A DNA stretch of 64,000 bases from NCBI GenBank assembly GCA_032691205.1, contig GCA_032691205.1_4541.1. One strand, given 5' to 3'. The notes beneath the pieces are model-generated. The model searched no databases. It had not been told where the DNA came from and saw only the letters and a list, made by a program, of their open reading frames with translations. This document shows, piece after piece, positions 9,516 through 19,013 of the stretch (position 1 is the stretch's first letter; each line of letters starts with the position of its first letter). The DNA is from a phage. The position numbers and the translations under genes were made by a program.

Positions 9516-9559
9516 CTATTGCTACGATAGGATCACTATCCTATAGTATTGTTTCTGTG

Positions 9560-9841
9560 TCAAGCCTTAGCGTAGAAAAACTTCTCATATTCAGATTTTG
9601 TTACGATTGTGGGGCAACCTTTTGTTCCATCCTCGATAACAGGGGCTTCTACCATTCTGGTGTTGAATAAGCAATAAGTTCCACGCATGTAAATACCCAG
9701 TTTTGTTTCTACGATGTGCTCTTTACTTACGCTTGAAAACTTAATCTCACCATCGGAGTCTCTTATAGCAATAAGTGCATGTTCGGGCCAATCTTTTCCT
9801 TTTGCTCCTAAAGCATTATACAATTCTTGAACGAGTTCCAT
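9560..9841 (-). CDS. hypothetical protein (93 aa)
   Basis: ORF track. Confidence 0.55.
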   Translation of the reverse strand: MELVQELYNALGAKGKDWPEHALIAIRDSDGEIKFSSVSKEHIVETKLGIYMRGTYCLFNTRMVEAPVIEDGTKGCPTIVTKSEYEKFFYAKA

Positions 9842-9853
9842 ATGACCTCCTTA

Positions 9854-10027
9854 TTAAATAACAAATTTTTCTTCTTCTGGCTTATCGTAATCTGGAGAAT
9901 AAACATGTGCGGGATTAAAACCTTTAAAATTTCCGCGACCTTTACGTGGACAGTTGAATGTGCGAGCTTGATGATCCCCAAAAGATTTCCCACAATGCAT
10001 ACATTTAAAATCAGTGCGTTTAGTCAT
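9854..10027 (-). CDS. small Cys-rich (zinc-ribbon-like) protein
   Basis: Track ORF trimmed to ATG 10027 after AGGAG; CxxC...C pattern. Confidence 0.5.
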   Translation of the reverse strand: MTKRTDFKCMHCGKSFGDHQARTFNCPRKGRGNFKGFNPAHVYSPDYDKPEEEKFVI

Positions 10028-10190
10028 GCCATATCTCCTTTTAAAAGGCTGCACCTATTGAAGATGCAGCTTTGATAGATTATTTAGATGAGTCTAAAAT
10101 GTCTTTTACTTTTGCCGTGATAACGTCTTGATATTTGTTAATAAGATAGCCTACAACTACACCTACGATAAATGAAACCATTATTTCTCC

Positions 10191-10799
10191 TTATTTAAGT
10201 GGTGAGAGAACAATCTCTCGGTTTTTTAAGAACCAAAGCATGTCATCTTGATCATAGTCTGATCCCTCTGTAGTAGAATTTTTGATAGAATCAAAAAACC
10301 AACGAGGTATACCAAAACAACTTCCAGATGACTGTATGTCTTTCTGCGACATTTTAAATGTGATTGGAAAATCACAATTATCAATCTCTCGGATATCTGC
10401 TGAAGATAAGATTGTAACTTCAACCAGTTCGTCGTTAGATGTAGTATCGTTGTCTTCCTGAATAATGTCAAATGCTTTTTGCACATCTTTTGCATCTAAT
10501 GTTAAACCTGTGGCTTTCTGAAAAGCCGAAACAAAAATTAGAGCTTCTTCAGAGCAAGGGGCTTCCAGCAAATGAGCCATAATAGGTGACAAGCAAATGT
10601 TAAGATCTTTGTCATACCAACGAACAATCCATACAGGCGTTGCTCCGTTTTGTTTGTCACGAGCCAAAATTGTAACGTGCTGACCTTCTTCTGGTATATG
10701 ATACAAACCAGAAAAACCAGGGCCTGTAGTAGATTTTTTGACACGTGCTACGTGTCCAACTTCTAAAGGATCTTTACCATCCCAAATCTTCTCTTCCAT
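10191..10799 (-). CDS. hypothetical protein (202 aa)
   Basis: ORF track. Confidence 0.6.
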   Translation of the reverse strand: MEEKIWDGKDPLEVGHVARVKKSTTGPGFSGLYHIPEEGQHVTILARDKQNGATPVWIVRWYDKDLNICLSPIMAHLLEAPCSEEALIFVSAFQKATGLTLDAKDVQKAFDIIQEDNDTTSNDELVEVTILSSADIREIDNCDFPITFKMSQKDIQSSGSCFGIPRWFFDSIKNSTTEGSDYDQDDMLWFLKNREIVLSPLK

Positions 10800-10807
10800 A
10801 TAACCTC

Positions 10808-11071
10808 CTAAATAACATCTTTGAAATAGTGAATCACTTCAATATTATGGTACAAAGTGCTTCGCTCTTTTGTGTACTCTGTTTTAGTAACAAACACTTT
10901 TGCAATACCGTACTTATGTGCTGGTAGGTTTGGATTGGTTTGCATAATTTCTTTCACTACACTTATAGTTTCGTGCTCGGATTCCCAATAAGTGAAGTAA
11001 CCCTCACTATCAACGATTAAAGACTCGTTTTCAAGATCTACAAAACAGAAAAATATTGACGGATGGCTCAT
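10808..11071 (-). CDS. hypothetical protein (87 aa)
   Basis: ORF track. Confidence 0.55.
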   Translation of the reverse strand: MSHPSIFFCFVDLENESLIVDSEGYFTYWESEHETISVVKEIMQTNPNLPAHKYGIAKVFVTKTEYTKERSTLYHNIEVIHYFKDVI

Positions 11072-11232
11072 TCTTTTTCTTCAACCTTCCTCAAAGCTTT
11101 TTGATCGAATATGGCGTGTTGCAATTCCCCGTTTTCATCGAACCAAGTTACTTTACAGGATTCACCATAACTTTCTATTACTGTCATTTGTTTGTTTGCA
11201 CCTTTAAGGCAAACCACATCACCTACTTGCAT
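11068..11232 (-). CDS. small protein (53 aa), not in ORF track
   Basis: Own translation MQVGDVVCLKGANKQMTVIE...; ATGA overlaps at both ends. Confidence 0.45.
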   Translation of the reverse strand: MQVGDVVCLKGANKQMTVIESYGESCKVTWFDENGELQHAIFDQKALRKVEEKE

Positions 11233-11681
11233 CATGATTGAGTTCCTTTTTGTTTTTCAATAGCTGCACGAATTTCTGCTAAAGGTTCTGCTACCAAATC
11301 TTCAACTTCTTGGATTTGTTCATTCATCACATCACGAACCATTTGAATCCGCTCTTCAAGGGAAACAGCAAGTTCATCTGCATAAGCCATATTAAGAACG
11401 TGGTAGAAATTTTCTTGTGCACTTAAAGCACCAGATAACAAATAATCCTGATCTTCCTCTGGTAAAAGCATGTGTTGCTCATATTCAGCAAAAGTGTTTT
11501 TGTTAATCTCAAGCAAAGCACCCATCATAACATCATACTGATAATCTTTATGACCAGGATTGTTTAAAATAACATCTTCAAAGATATTAAGAAGAATCTT
11601 AGTAACAAAAGCATTGTTTTCGGCACCTTCCATCTGACGGATTACCGTGATTACTTCTTTTTCTTTAACGTTTTGGCTCAT
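11232..11681 (-). CDS. hypothetical protein (149 aa)
   Basis: ORF track. Confidence 0.6.
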   Translation of the reverse strand: MSQNVKEKEVITVIRQMEGAENNAFVTKILLNIFEDVILNNPGHKDYQYDVMMGALLEINKNTFAEYEQHMLLPEEDQDYLLSGALSAQENFYHVLNMAYADELAVSLEERIQMVRDVMNEQIQEVEDLVAEPLAEIRAAIEKQKGTQS

Positions 11682-11871
11682 AGTATTTCTCCTCTGACTC
11701 TGCTTGGATATAACCCGTGGTTTTGCACGGATTACACTCGTAGATTTGACCTACATCCGCCATAACATACCCTGCACCACCACAATAGGGGCAAGGCATA
11801 GGAGGACAAGGTATGGACGTAGTGATTGTTACGACATTATCAATTTTCAACATTTTCGCCATTATTACCAT
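11665..11871 (-). CDS. small Cys-rich protein (68 aa)
   Basis: ORF track; CPPMPCPYCGG and CNPC motifs. Confidence 0.5.
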   Translation of the reverse strand: MVIMAKMLKIDNVVTITTSIPCPPMPCPYCGGAGYVMADVGQIYECNPCKTTGYIQAESEEKYYEPKR

Positions 11872-12113
11872 TCCGCTATTAACGTCAAACCAAGTGCATC
11901 GTTAAAACGCTCAACATTTGAGTATAGGTATGGAGGGGTTATTTGCTCTAAAATTTGTGCTGCTTCCACTTGGTGCTCTATGTTTTGAGAAGTTCGGGCA
12001 TAAACTAAGACACCCATTTTATTCAAAATAAAAACAGAATCAGACCCATCCAGCTTATCAACGGCTGCATACATTTTAGTCATATCTTCTCCTGGATTAC
12101 CATTCAGCAACAA
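11865..12113 (-). CDS. hypothetical protein (82 aa)
   Basis: ORF track. Confidence 0.5.
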   Translation of the reverse strand: MLLNGNPGEDMTKMYAAVDKLDGSDSVFILNKMGVLVYARTSQNIEHQVEAAQILEQITPPYLYSNVERFNDALGLTLIAEW

Positions 12114-12312
12114 GACTAGGATTCATAGCAAAAGCTTTGAAATTTGTTATGTCATGACTAACATTAAAACTAACACCTTTTACTTTCTCTAGTATTTGAA
12201 CTTTTGTCTCTCCGTCCCACGGTAGGATGATAACACCATCTCCTGTGATCAACCACCAATGGTTCTCTCCATCTCGTGAATCTTTTGCTTTGTATAGAAA
12301 ATTGGAACTCAT
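12097..12312 (-). CDS. hypothetical protein (71 aa)
   Basis: ORF track; RBS GGAGGAAG. Confidence 0.5.
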   Translation of the reverse strand: MSSNFLYKAKDSRDGENHWWLITGDGVIILPWDGETKVQILEKVKGVSFNVSHDITNFKAFAMNPSLVAEW

Positions 12313-12349
12313 TCTTCCTCCTGTTCGGTATTATTCACCTGTGAGACAC

Positions 12350-12379
12350 AATGTAACACAAGCTTTGTGAGTTTGTCAA
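12350..12379 (-). promoter_or_regulatory. sigma70-like promoter (TTGACA N18 TACATT)
   Basis: Read on minus strand upstream of gene 12097-12312. Confidence 0.5.
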
Positions 12380-12513
12380 GGATCTAATTACATTCTACAG
12401 AAGAAGAGGGTTAATAACTATAGGAATAGTCTTACTATAGGTGCAATACTAGTTAAGACTTAGATTGATAGGTAAGACTTATCTTAAACAGATAATTGAT
12501 AGGTGAATCAGCA

Positions 12514-12571
12514 TTGACTTTTTCAAAAAAATATGGTACCCTAAACATATGTTTACGAGCGATAGCGAGTA
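12514..12571 (+). promoter_or_regulatory. conserved promoter-leader element, copy A
   Basis: TTGACT N17 (TG)TACCCT then 14 nt then GAGCGATAGCGAGTA; near-identical to copy at 48479. Confidence 0.45.
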
Positions 12572-12672
12572 GTAGATTTCTATATAATAATGTTTCATGT
12601 TACTCACGATAGTGAGGTATGAAACGTAAGTGAAGGTAGATAAACTATGATCATCTATCTACCATCTATTAA

Positions 12673-12882
12673 TCAGTATAGATCCAATGTTAGACTAACA
12701 GTTATCCAACAAACAATAACAGTCCATATAACAAGTAATGATCTACAAACTACATCCCATTCAAATACATTGTATGTTAACCATTCTCCCATCACAACAC
12801 AAGAACCTAACCAACATCCAACAATAACTATAATCCAATAAAAGAATCCTACAGTAGAGTATATAGCAAAAGCTTTTAACAT
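12673..12882 (-). CDS. small hydrophobic membrane protein (69 aa)
   Basis: ORF track; strong RBS GGAGGAAAG; hydrophobic translation. Confidence 0.5.
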   Translation of the reverse strand: MLKAFAIYSTVGFFYWIIVIVGCWLGSCVVMGEWLTYNVFEWDVVCRSLLVIWTVIVCWITVSLTLDLY

Positions 12883-13295
12883 CTTTCCTCCAGAAGTTGT
12901 TCAACAGTTTGACGAGTATGATTGTCCCAGTAAACCTTAGTGAAGTCAAGAGTCCCTTGTTCGTTTCTCTTAGTTTCGAAGAAGTATCCGCCTTCTCTTT
13001 CTACTCTGTCTCTAATGTGCTCTATAAGGTGCTTTTTACAAGATGCTGATAAACAATAGTCATACTCCCCACGAAGCAATGCTATAGCTGCAAGCCTGTT
13101 ATCACCAACTTGAGATATTGTCCAAGAAAGCATACTACCTTTTATACCTAAAGGTGTTTGTCGAATGGAATATCCACCATGCCGACTGATAGAAATTATG
13201 GCAAGTGGTTCTCCTGTTAGGGATCTTCCTAATGCACCTTCTGTTGGACTTCCTTCAATAACACGTTTGAAAAAAGCTTTGATCTTACCTAACAT
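12876..13295 (-). CDS. hypothetical protein (139 aa)
   Basis: ORF track. Confidence 0.6.
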   Translation of the reverse strand: MLGKIKAFFKRVIEGSPTEGALGRSLTGEPLAIISISRHGGYSIRQTPLGIKGSMLSWTISQVGDNRLAAIALLRGEYDYCLSASCKKHLIEHIRDRVEREGGYFFETKRNEQGTLDFTKVYWDNHTRQTVEQLLEERC

Positions 13296-13312
13296 AAGTC
13301 CCCCTTAAAAAC

Positions 13313-13447
13313 TTACTTGTTTAAAGTATCTCTTACTTGTTCTGCTTGACGTTTAGTAATAAAAGTCCCAACCGAAACGTTAAATTCATTGACTACAGAG
13401 AACGATCCATCACGATTCTCACGAATATTAAACAATTTCTTACTCAT
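13313..13447 (-). CDS. small protein (44 aa), not in ORF track
   Basis: Own translation MSKKLFNIRENRDGSF...; RBS AAGGAGGT. Confidence 0.45.
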   Translation of the reverse strand: MSKKLFNIRENRDGSFSVVNEFNVSVGTFITKRQAEQVRDTLNK

Positions 13448-13643
13448 TTCTACCTCCTTCGATGCTTTGTGCCGTACCATCCCAAGCCATTAGAATATTT
13501 GCCAATAGTTCACGAGGCTCTTTAAACCAAACTTCCATTTCATCAAGAATCTCGTCCGTGTCGTAAGTATAACCTGGAACACCAAGTTCGCATTTCTTAA
13601 GATAGCTTTCTAACCAGCGGTGATAATTCTTAACCCCATTCAT
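13440..13643 (-). CDS. hypothetical protein (67 aa)
   Basis: ORF track. Confidence 0.5.
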   Translation of the reverse strand: MNGVKNYHRWLESYLKKCELGVPGYTYDTDEILDEMEVWFKEPRELLANILMAWDGTAQSIEGGRNE

Positions 13644-14016
13644 ACTGTGCTACCTTTTCTTTTACCCAATCTACACGATCTTTATCATAATGTTGAGTGC
13701 CAAGGAAAAGACCATTGTGGAAACTTTCCTCACCGAAAGGATAAATCGGATCTAAACCATCTTCTTCAAATAACATTTTTAGTCTCTGTGATGTAGATTT
13801 CTTAGTCTCTGAGTTGTAGTTTGTGGTTATAAGCCAATCTTCCAAACAACGACACAAACCTTGACGAGAATCCCAAGGAAAAACACAATCTCCAACAGGA
13901 GCTTTTTCCGCCCATTCCAACCAGCCTTTAAAAAAGTTATACAATATGTAGTCTTCAGTGTAATACATTAGCGCCTCCTTTACGTATACAATAACACCCC
14001 GAAGAACGGGGTGCAA
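13630..14016 (-). CDS. paralog family A member (FY..W / GLC / PF / WVxDR)
   Basis: ORF track; shared motifs with 5 other ORFs. Confidence 0.6.
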   Translation of the reverse strand: MHPVLRGVIVYVKEALMYYTEDYILYNFFKGWLEWAEKAPVGDCVFPWDSRQGLCRCLEDWLITTNYNSETKKSTSQRLKMLFEEDGLDPIYPFGEESFHNGLFLGTQHYDKDRVDWVKEKVAQYEWG

Positions 14017-14019
14017 CTG

Positions 14020-14631
14020 TTATTTAATCTGTTTGAAAATTTCGTTTGGAACGGTACCGTTTAAAATACCTTCTACGATCTCCTGTGCAGACGTGTAAGA
14101 GAGTCCAAAAGAAGCTACGCCTAAAATTGCCTCCTTCAAAGGATCTGGCAGGGGTTCAAAATTACCTGCAACAAAGCCACCTGCACAAGCAGCGCCTTCA
14201 TCATCCCAGAAAACAACTGCTACATCGTTACCATGCGAAGTTGTGCGATGTGCAATAACTTCAACTTCTGTTCCTTCTTTAGGAACAGAATAAGAACTGT
14301 CCCAAGAATATCTTTCCAAATCAGGAACAAAGATAACCTTTTCACCTACTGGCGGCAGTTCACAACGATAATACCAAGAATTTTTTTCGTTCATTGTTTT
14401 ATTTTCCTCCACGTCTTCAAAAGTAACGATCCAATCGTAGCCGTAAGAAAACGGATATTTTAGATCTAAAGAATAAGTTTGACCTAGATCGTCCTCAACA
14501 AGAACCATCCTGTCAAAGTTTGCGATGTTAGGATTATGTTTAATGATAGGGTATGTTTCCCCTACAGTAAATTGCCCCAAATGGTAAAGTTCATCTCTCC
14601 AAGTAATTTGGATATGAGTGCATTGAATCAT
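14020..14631 (-). CDS. hypothetical protein (203 aa)
   Basis: ORF track. Confidence 0.6.
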   Translation of the reverse strand: MIQCTHIQITWRDELYHLGQFTVGETYPIIKHNPNIANFDRMVLVEDDLGQTYSLDLKYPFSYGYDWIVTFEDVEENKTMNEKNSWYYRCELPPVGEKVIFVPDLERYSWDSSYSVPKEGTEVEVIAHRTTSHGNDVAVVFWDDEGAACAGGFVAGNFEPLPDPLKEAILGVASFGLSYTSAQEIVEGILNGTVPNEIFKQIK

Positions 14632-14635
14632 AAAA

Positions 14636-14908
14636 TCACCCCCAAGAAATATTTATATATCTTACAATGTTTGCACTGTCTAAAGCCATGTTTGCACCAC
14701 ACCCACGCTCGCGCCAGTAACTAACAATACCTTCACAGATACTCTCTTGTATCTTCTTATCACTTGGCATTTCTAGTATAAGACTTGGGTTGTGGATGTT
14801 TATGTTATAATATCCTTCCTCTGCGGCTTGAGCTACCAATTTACTTACTTTTTCAAAGTACGGGGAATTAGTGGCATCTGCCATTGTTTTTAAGGTTTGT
14901 CTATCCAT
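14636..14908 (-). CDS. hypothetical protein (90 aa)
   Basis: ORF track. Confidence 0.55.
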   Translation of the reverse strand: MDRQTLKTMADATNSPYFEKVSKLVAQAAEEGYYNINIHNPSLILEMPSDKKIQESICEGIVSYWRERGCGANMALDSANIVRYINISWG

Positions 14909-15273
14909 TATTCTGCCTCATCATAGAAGAAATCCAACTCTTGTTCCAGTTGTTTAACTCGATCCTTAACCCACTGTACACGTTTTTCATTAAACATGCA
15001 ACGTTTTTCCTTACACTCTTGCTCAAAAGATTTTGCTGTGTTAAACGGGAAAGTTGTATCTAAACCAGCATTTTCAAAACTGGCTAATTGCATACCATAA
15101 ACAGAATATGCTAAAGAATGATCGGCTCGAAATTCATCACTTATATACATACGTAGACCTCGGCATAAGCCAACATCAGCGTAACCACTTTCTCGTGGAA
15201 AGAGACGGAGGTGTTCTAACCAATTATTATAGAAATCTAAAAGAATCCTCTTACACTTCAAATCAATTGTCAT
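14908..15273 (-). CDS. paralog family A member
   Basis: Track ORF trimmed to ATG 15273 after AAGGAG; GLC, PFN, WVKDR motifs. Confidence 0.6.
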   Translation of the reverse strand: MTIDLKCKRILLDFYNNWLEHLRLFPRESGYADVGLCRGLRMYISDEFRADHSLAYSVYGMQLASFENAGLDTTFPFNTAKSFEQECKEKRCMFNEKRVQWVKDRVKQLEQELDFFYDEAE

Positions 15274-15673
15274 AAAAAGTTTCTCCTTCATCGAACAAGT
15301 TGGCAAGATTGTTCACCGCAATTTGGGTGGAAAGAAGACAACTGTTTGCAGACACATAAGCACGGGCTATTTTGTAAACATAAGCTTTCGTATTGCAATC
15401 TTCTAAAATCGGAAGACTTTCATCGATAGCATCTATAACACTAAACATCACATCTAAAACTTTAATGGTGAGTGTTGTATTTGTATCTTCGTAACCTTTT
15501 TCAATCCGACCTGAATAGAAAGTATAGTCCTCAACAGTTCGTCGTTTAAATTGGCGCATAAAATCAGAACCATCTGTAGCAGAATTGAACAAATTTTCAA
15601 AAAATACCTCCCATCCGGCAAAAAGGGCTGACAGCATGATTAAGTGATCTACAGATTCATTTTCTTGTTTCAT
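15263..15673 (-). CDS. hypothetical protein (136 aa)
   Basis: ORF track. Confidence 0.55.
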   Translation of the reverse strand: MKQENESVDHLIMLSALFAGWEVFFENLFNSATDGSDFMRQFKRRTVEDYTFYSGRIEKGYEDTNTTLTIKVLDVMFSVIDAIDESLPILEDCNTKAYVYKIARAYVSANSCLLSTQIAVNNLANLFDEGETFYDN

Positions 15674-15681
15674 ATCCTCTC

Positions 15682-16359
15682 CTATTTAATGTTCAATCTA
15701 GCACACAAGCGAGAAACAGTTTTAGCATCCCACTTACCACCACGTGCTGTTGCGATTTTCTTACTATTGAATTTTTCAGCAATAGTTTTGTAAGGTGTAT
15801 TTAAATCTCTAAGGATCTCCAAGCGTTCACGGAATGTCTCTGCAAAAGCGTCTGCTTTAACAGAATTGTATTCCATTTTTCCTTTTCTACGTGCAGCGGC
15901 AGTTTTAGGATTAGCACTGCCTAATAAAACACCTTTGCTTTTTGCTACAGCAAGACCCTTTTTAATACGATCAGCAATACCTCTGACTTCTTGTTCAGCC
16001 AGAACAGACAGAAGCTGTATAACCATTTTATCTGCATCTGGCATGATGGCTATCTTAACATCGATCATTTCTAGAAGAGTTGCTACGGAGGCGTTGTTAC
16101 GACCCAAGCGGTCAACTTTAGCTACCAATAAAGTTGCTCCGGTAGCTTTACACATTTCAACCGCTTTGACCAGTTCCTTACGTTGCTTCCAATCGCCCTT
16201 ACCCGAATAGTATTCAGAAAATTGACCAATAACTTCAGCATCAGGCACAGAGTCTAAGAAGTAACGGATATCGTTCTCTTGGCTCTCCATACCATATTGT
16301 GCCTCACCTTTTTTCTGTTTAGAAAGACGACTGTAAACAACAAACTTTTTCATAACCAC
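15682..16359 (-). CDS. small serine recombinase (resolvase/invertase family)
   Basis: N-terminal VYSRLSKQ..GMESQ and RLGRN motifs; C-terminal HTH-like region. Confidence 0.75.
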   Translation of the reverse strand: MVMKKFVVYSRLSKQKKGEAQYGMESQENDIRYFLDSVPDAEVIGQFSEYYSGKGDWKQRKELVKAVEMCKATGATLLVAKVDRLGRNNASVATLLEMIDVKIAIMPDADKMVIQLLSVLAEQEVRGIADRIKKGLAVAKSKGVLLGSANPKTAAARRKGKMEYNSVKADAFAETFRERLEILRDLNTPYKTIAEKFNSKKIATARGGKWDAKTVSRLCARLNIK

Positions 16360-16423
16360 TCCTAAACCATTGCTGTATTCTCACTTTACAAAACGAATAA
16401 ACACTTGTCAAGGTATTTATTAT

Positions 16424-16636
16424 TTACAGCCATTCTACTTTTAAGCAGTATTCTTCGACATGTTGTTTACGCTTGTTTTTGTCTATGTAAGTGTATTCAA
16501 CAAATGTCCCAAGATAATCCTTGTCCACATTGTGTTGGCTATTAATTGGACATTTAGTACGACAAACCCGTTGCCACTGACGAAGAATTACGGTTTTGTT
16601 TTTAGGATCAAAGGGATGAGGGTAATGTGCCTTCAT
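16424..16636 (-). CDS. hypothetical protein (70 aa)
   Basis: ORF track. Confidence 0.5.
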   Translation of the reverse strand: MKAHYPHPFDPKNKTVILRQWQRVCRTKCPINSQHNVDKDYLGTFVEYTYIDKNKRKQHVEEYCLKVEWL

Positions 16637-16960
16637 TCATGCCTCCTGTTTTAGTCGAAAAATATTTTGAATAACGAGAGATGTATAGTTATCACTTAGT
16701 CCCATAAGTTCTACTTCCAAGTTTCGAATATCTTCCACCGTAGGAGGATATGTTGGTAAAAATGCTTGAGCATTACCAGATCCAACCTCATTGCTGTAAG
16801 CAGTTGTAAAATTGTAAGATACAAAACATGAAACACCTTTTTGTCGGTACCCGATTAATCGACGAATACACCAGATAAGAGCCAAACCTATGAGAACACC
16901 TCCTAAACCAGCTAACAAGAAGGATAAGTTCATAATAGCTTCGTTAACAACTGCTTGCAT
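16637..16960 (-). CDS. membrane protein (107 aa, one TM helix)
   Basis: ORF track; hydrophobic stretch LSFLLAGLGGVLIGLALIW. Confidence 0.55.
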   Translation of the reverse strand: MQAVVNEAIMNLSFLLAGLGGVLIGLALIWCIRRLIGYRQKGVSCFVSYNFTTAYSNEVGSGNAQAFLPTYPPTVEDIRNLEVELMGLSDNYTSLVIQNIFRLKQEA

Positions 16961-16970
16961 TCTTTTCTCC

Positions 16971-17270
16971 TTAGTTATGTAAACCCAAATGTGCTACAAC
17001 TTCTCTACGATAAGATAACTGCATAGCGATTTTATAGCCAGGATGAAAACCATTTACATCAATGTCATCAAACCAAACCTCAAATGAACCGTGTTTAAGA
17101 GTCATTAAGTTAATATACCATTCAATAGTATAATGATCGTTAGCAATACCTTCGATGTAAAATTCTCGACAACAGTGAGATAAATCTTCACTTGTTTCAC
17201 GTTTCCAGTCTTTGATAGCACCCTTCTCTTTGGCTTTATTCAGAATGTGGATCAGGTCTTCAACTTGCAT
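16971..17270 (-). CDS. hypothetical protein (99 aa)
   Basis: Track ORF trimmed to ATG 17270 after AGGAGAG. Confidence 0.5.
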   Translation of the reverse strand: MQVEDLIHILNKAKEKGAIKDWKRETSEDLSHCCREFYIEGIANDHYTIEWYINLMTLKHGSFEVWFDDIDVNGFHPGYKIAMQLSYRREVVAHLGLHN

Positions 17271-17280
17271 ATTCTCTCCT

Positions 17281-17835
17281 TTAGTTCCAACTAATAATGA
17301 TGTGTTTGATAATCCCAAAAATACTGTGCTCTGCGGTTGCCAATGTTACATCCAAACCTTTTGCACGTAGTATTGTAGCTACAACATTTGCCCCTCTTTT
17401 CTGTTCACTTATCTGTTCATAAGAAGAAGGGTTATTGCACAAACCAAAACTGGAAGGTTCAAAGTATTTTTCAAACTTCCCTTGTTCCGCACAATCTTCA
17501 ATCTCTAATAGAACGGCGTCTACCATTTCAGTAAAATGGGAATTTGCTTGCAGTGCTTTATTACGCAGTTTATCACGTAAACTTCCCGTAGATTCTTCCT
17601 GCTCTTCTGTCTGTCCCTCTTCACAGAAAGGATGAAGTTCAGCCCAGTCCCAAGCATCTCCTTCTAAAGCAAATGGAGTGTTGTAATTGAAGAAAGTGCA
17701 GCGCGGATATTCCCCGTTGAAAGAATCTTTCAGCAGAATATATTTCTTACCATTTGCATGGAAGAGTTCTCCTTTGATAACCTTACCTACAAGGATATCG
17801 CTGTTAGTGGAACGGGTGCAAATAAACTTTTTCAT
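17281..17835 (-). CDS. hypothetical protein (184 aa)
   Basis: ORF track. Confidence 0.55.
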   Translation of the reverse strand: MKKFICTRSTNSDILVGKVIKGELFHANGKKYILLKDSFNGEYPRCTFFNYNTPFALEGDAWDWAELHPFCEEGQTEEQEESTGSLRDKLRNKALQANSHFTEMVDAVLLEIEDCAEQGKFEKYFEPSSFGLCNNPSSYEQISEQKRGANVVATILRAKGLDVTLATAEHSIFGIIKHIIISWN

Positions 17836-17897
17836 GATTTTCTCCTCTTTGTTTCGATGAGATGATTATGACAAAGACAAATCCTTCTGTCAACGAT

Positions 17898-18119
17898 TTA
17901 TTTCCATTCCCCTTGGTGTTCTTTGATTTCATAAGAGTAGTATTCGAACATGCTCATACAAACCACACCAGACATTTCTAAACAAAGAGGTTTACTATTA
18001 TAAAAGGCACTTATCATTCTTCCAGCTTTATCTGCTGACTCTTTAGTATCACATCCGCAAACTGTTCTCACCCAAGGATCAGGGCCATCATATTTAAGAC
18101 GTACAATCCACATGATCAT
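17898..18119 (-). CDS. hypothetical protein (73 aa)
   Basis: Track ORF trimmed to ATG 18119 overlapping upstream TGA. Confidence 0.45.
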   Translation of the reverse strand: MIMWIVRLKYDGPDPWVRTVCGCDTKESADKAGRMISAFYNSKPLCLEMSGVVCMSMFEYYSYEIKEHQGEWK

Positions 18120-18343
18120 TCTTCCATCTCGAACCATTCAGGGAACACTTTGTGGAAGACACGTGTTGTTTCTAAGAGAAATTCCAACTCTTTTTCCAAG
18201 TCTGGGTTCCAACCATTTATTTTAACACGGATTGCCAATGTACTTGCACGGCGACTCAATTCTTGACAGATTGGATCACGCAGAACTATTGAATCATAAA
18301 ACTGACAAACAGCTTCAAGTTCATACCAGTTATAATCCGACAT
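18116..18343 (-). CDS. hypothetical protein (75 aa)
   Basis: ORF track. Confidence 0.5.
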   Translation of the reverse strand: MSDYNWYELEAVCQFYDSIVLRDPICQELSRRASTLAIRVKINGWNPDLEKELEFLLETTRVFHKVFPEWFEMEE

Positions 18344-18669
18344 TATTCATCCTCCTCTGCAATACGATCTCTTACCCAATTAATTCTGTCCACGTTCAGG
18401 TGACAGGCATCTGTATCTGACTCTAAGACATATGCATCGTAGTTCTCATTGAAAGGGAGTCCTTGATTCAACCCTTTATGGTAAAACTGTGCGTGCATTT
18501 CATCTGACAAGGTTGTTATAATGGGGTTGTAATTACCTCTGTGCACATAATCGAACAAGTTGGCACACAAACCACAATCCCGCCGAAAAGGTTTACCATC
18601 AGGAGCACCAACATCAATCCATGCTAGATAAATTTTATAAAACTCCATCAAATCTTTACTTGTTTTCAT
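18343..18669 (-). CDS. paralog family A member
   Basis: ORF track; FY..W, GLC, PFN, WVRDR motifs. Confidence 0.6.
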   Translation of the reverse strand: MKTSKDLMEFYKIYLAWIDVGAPDGKPFRRDCGLCANLFDYVHRGNYNPIITTLSDEMHAQFYHKGLNQGLPFNENYDAYVLESDTDACHLNVDRINWVRDRIAEEDE

Positions 18670-19013
18670 TATTTTACCTCGATCACGTTGATAAATACAT
18701 CTTCACGACAATCTTTATCGTCCCCGTAGATTTGACCTAATCGTACACATGCGTTAAAGGCGGATTTTGCGGGAATTTGATATTTACGGACAGGACCATT
18801 GTCTTTTGTGTAGGAAACCTCAAAGAGACGAATAGTGTCATCCTCAATTACATGAAACCGACCACAATCCATAATCAAAGAGATACACAGGGTATCCCCT
18901 TCTTCGTCTGTAATATAAAACAAACCTGGATTATCTATAACTTGGGAAGCTAGATACTGCTTACCCTCTTTAAGGAACTCGACAGAAGACTCTGCACATA
19001 AAAGTTTAATCAT
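18669..19013 (-). CDS. hypothetical protein (114 aa)
   Basis: ORF track. Confidence 0.55.
   Translation of the reverse strand: MIKLLCAESSVEFLKEGKQYLASQVIDNPGLFYITDEEGDTLCISLIMDCGRFHVIEDDTIRLFEVSYTKDNGPVRKYQIPAKSAFNACVRLGQIYGDDKDCREDVFINVIEVK

Noticed and set aside
12647-12841. Plus-strand ORF (64 aa) downstream of promoter-leader element A
   Set aside because: It overlaps a minus-strand membrane-protein ORF (12673-12882) that has a strong RBS; the plus ORF has a low-complexity translation and is more likely noncoding or antisense RNA.
15866-16210. Plus-strand ORF antisense to the serine recombinase gene
   Set aside because: Shadow ORF on the opposite strand of a well-supported gene. The same applies to the other antisense track ORFs, for example 1776-2018, 19570-19977, 23790-24125, 24186-24617, 25311-25706, 25672-26064, 41777-42106, 56336-56980 and 61036-61554.
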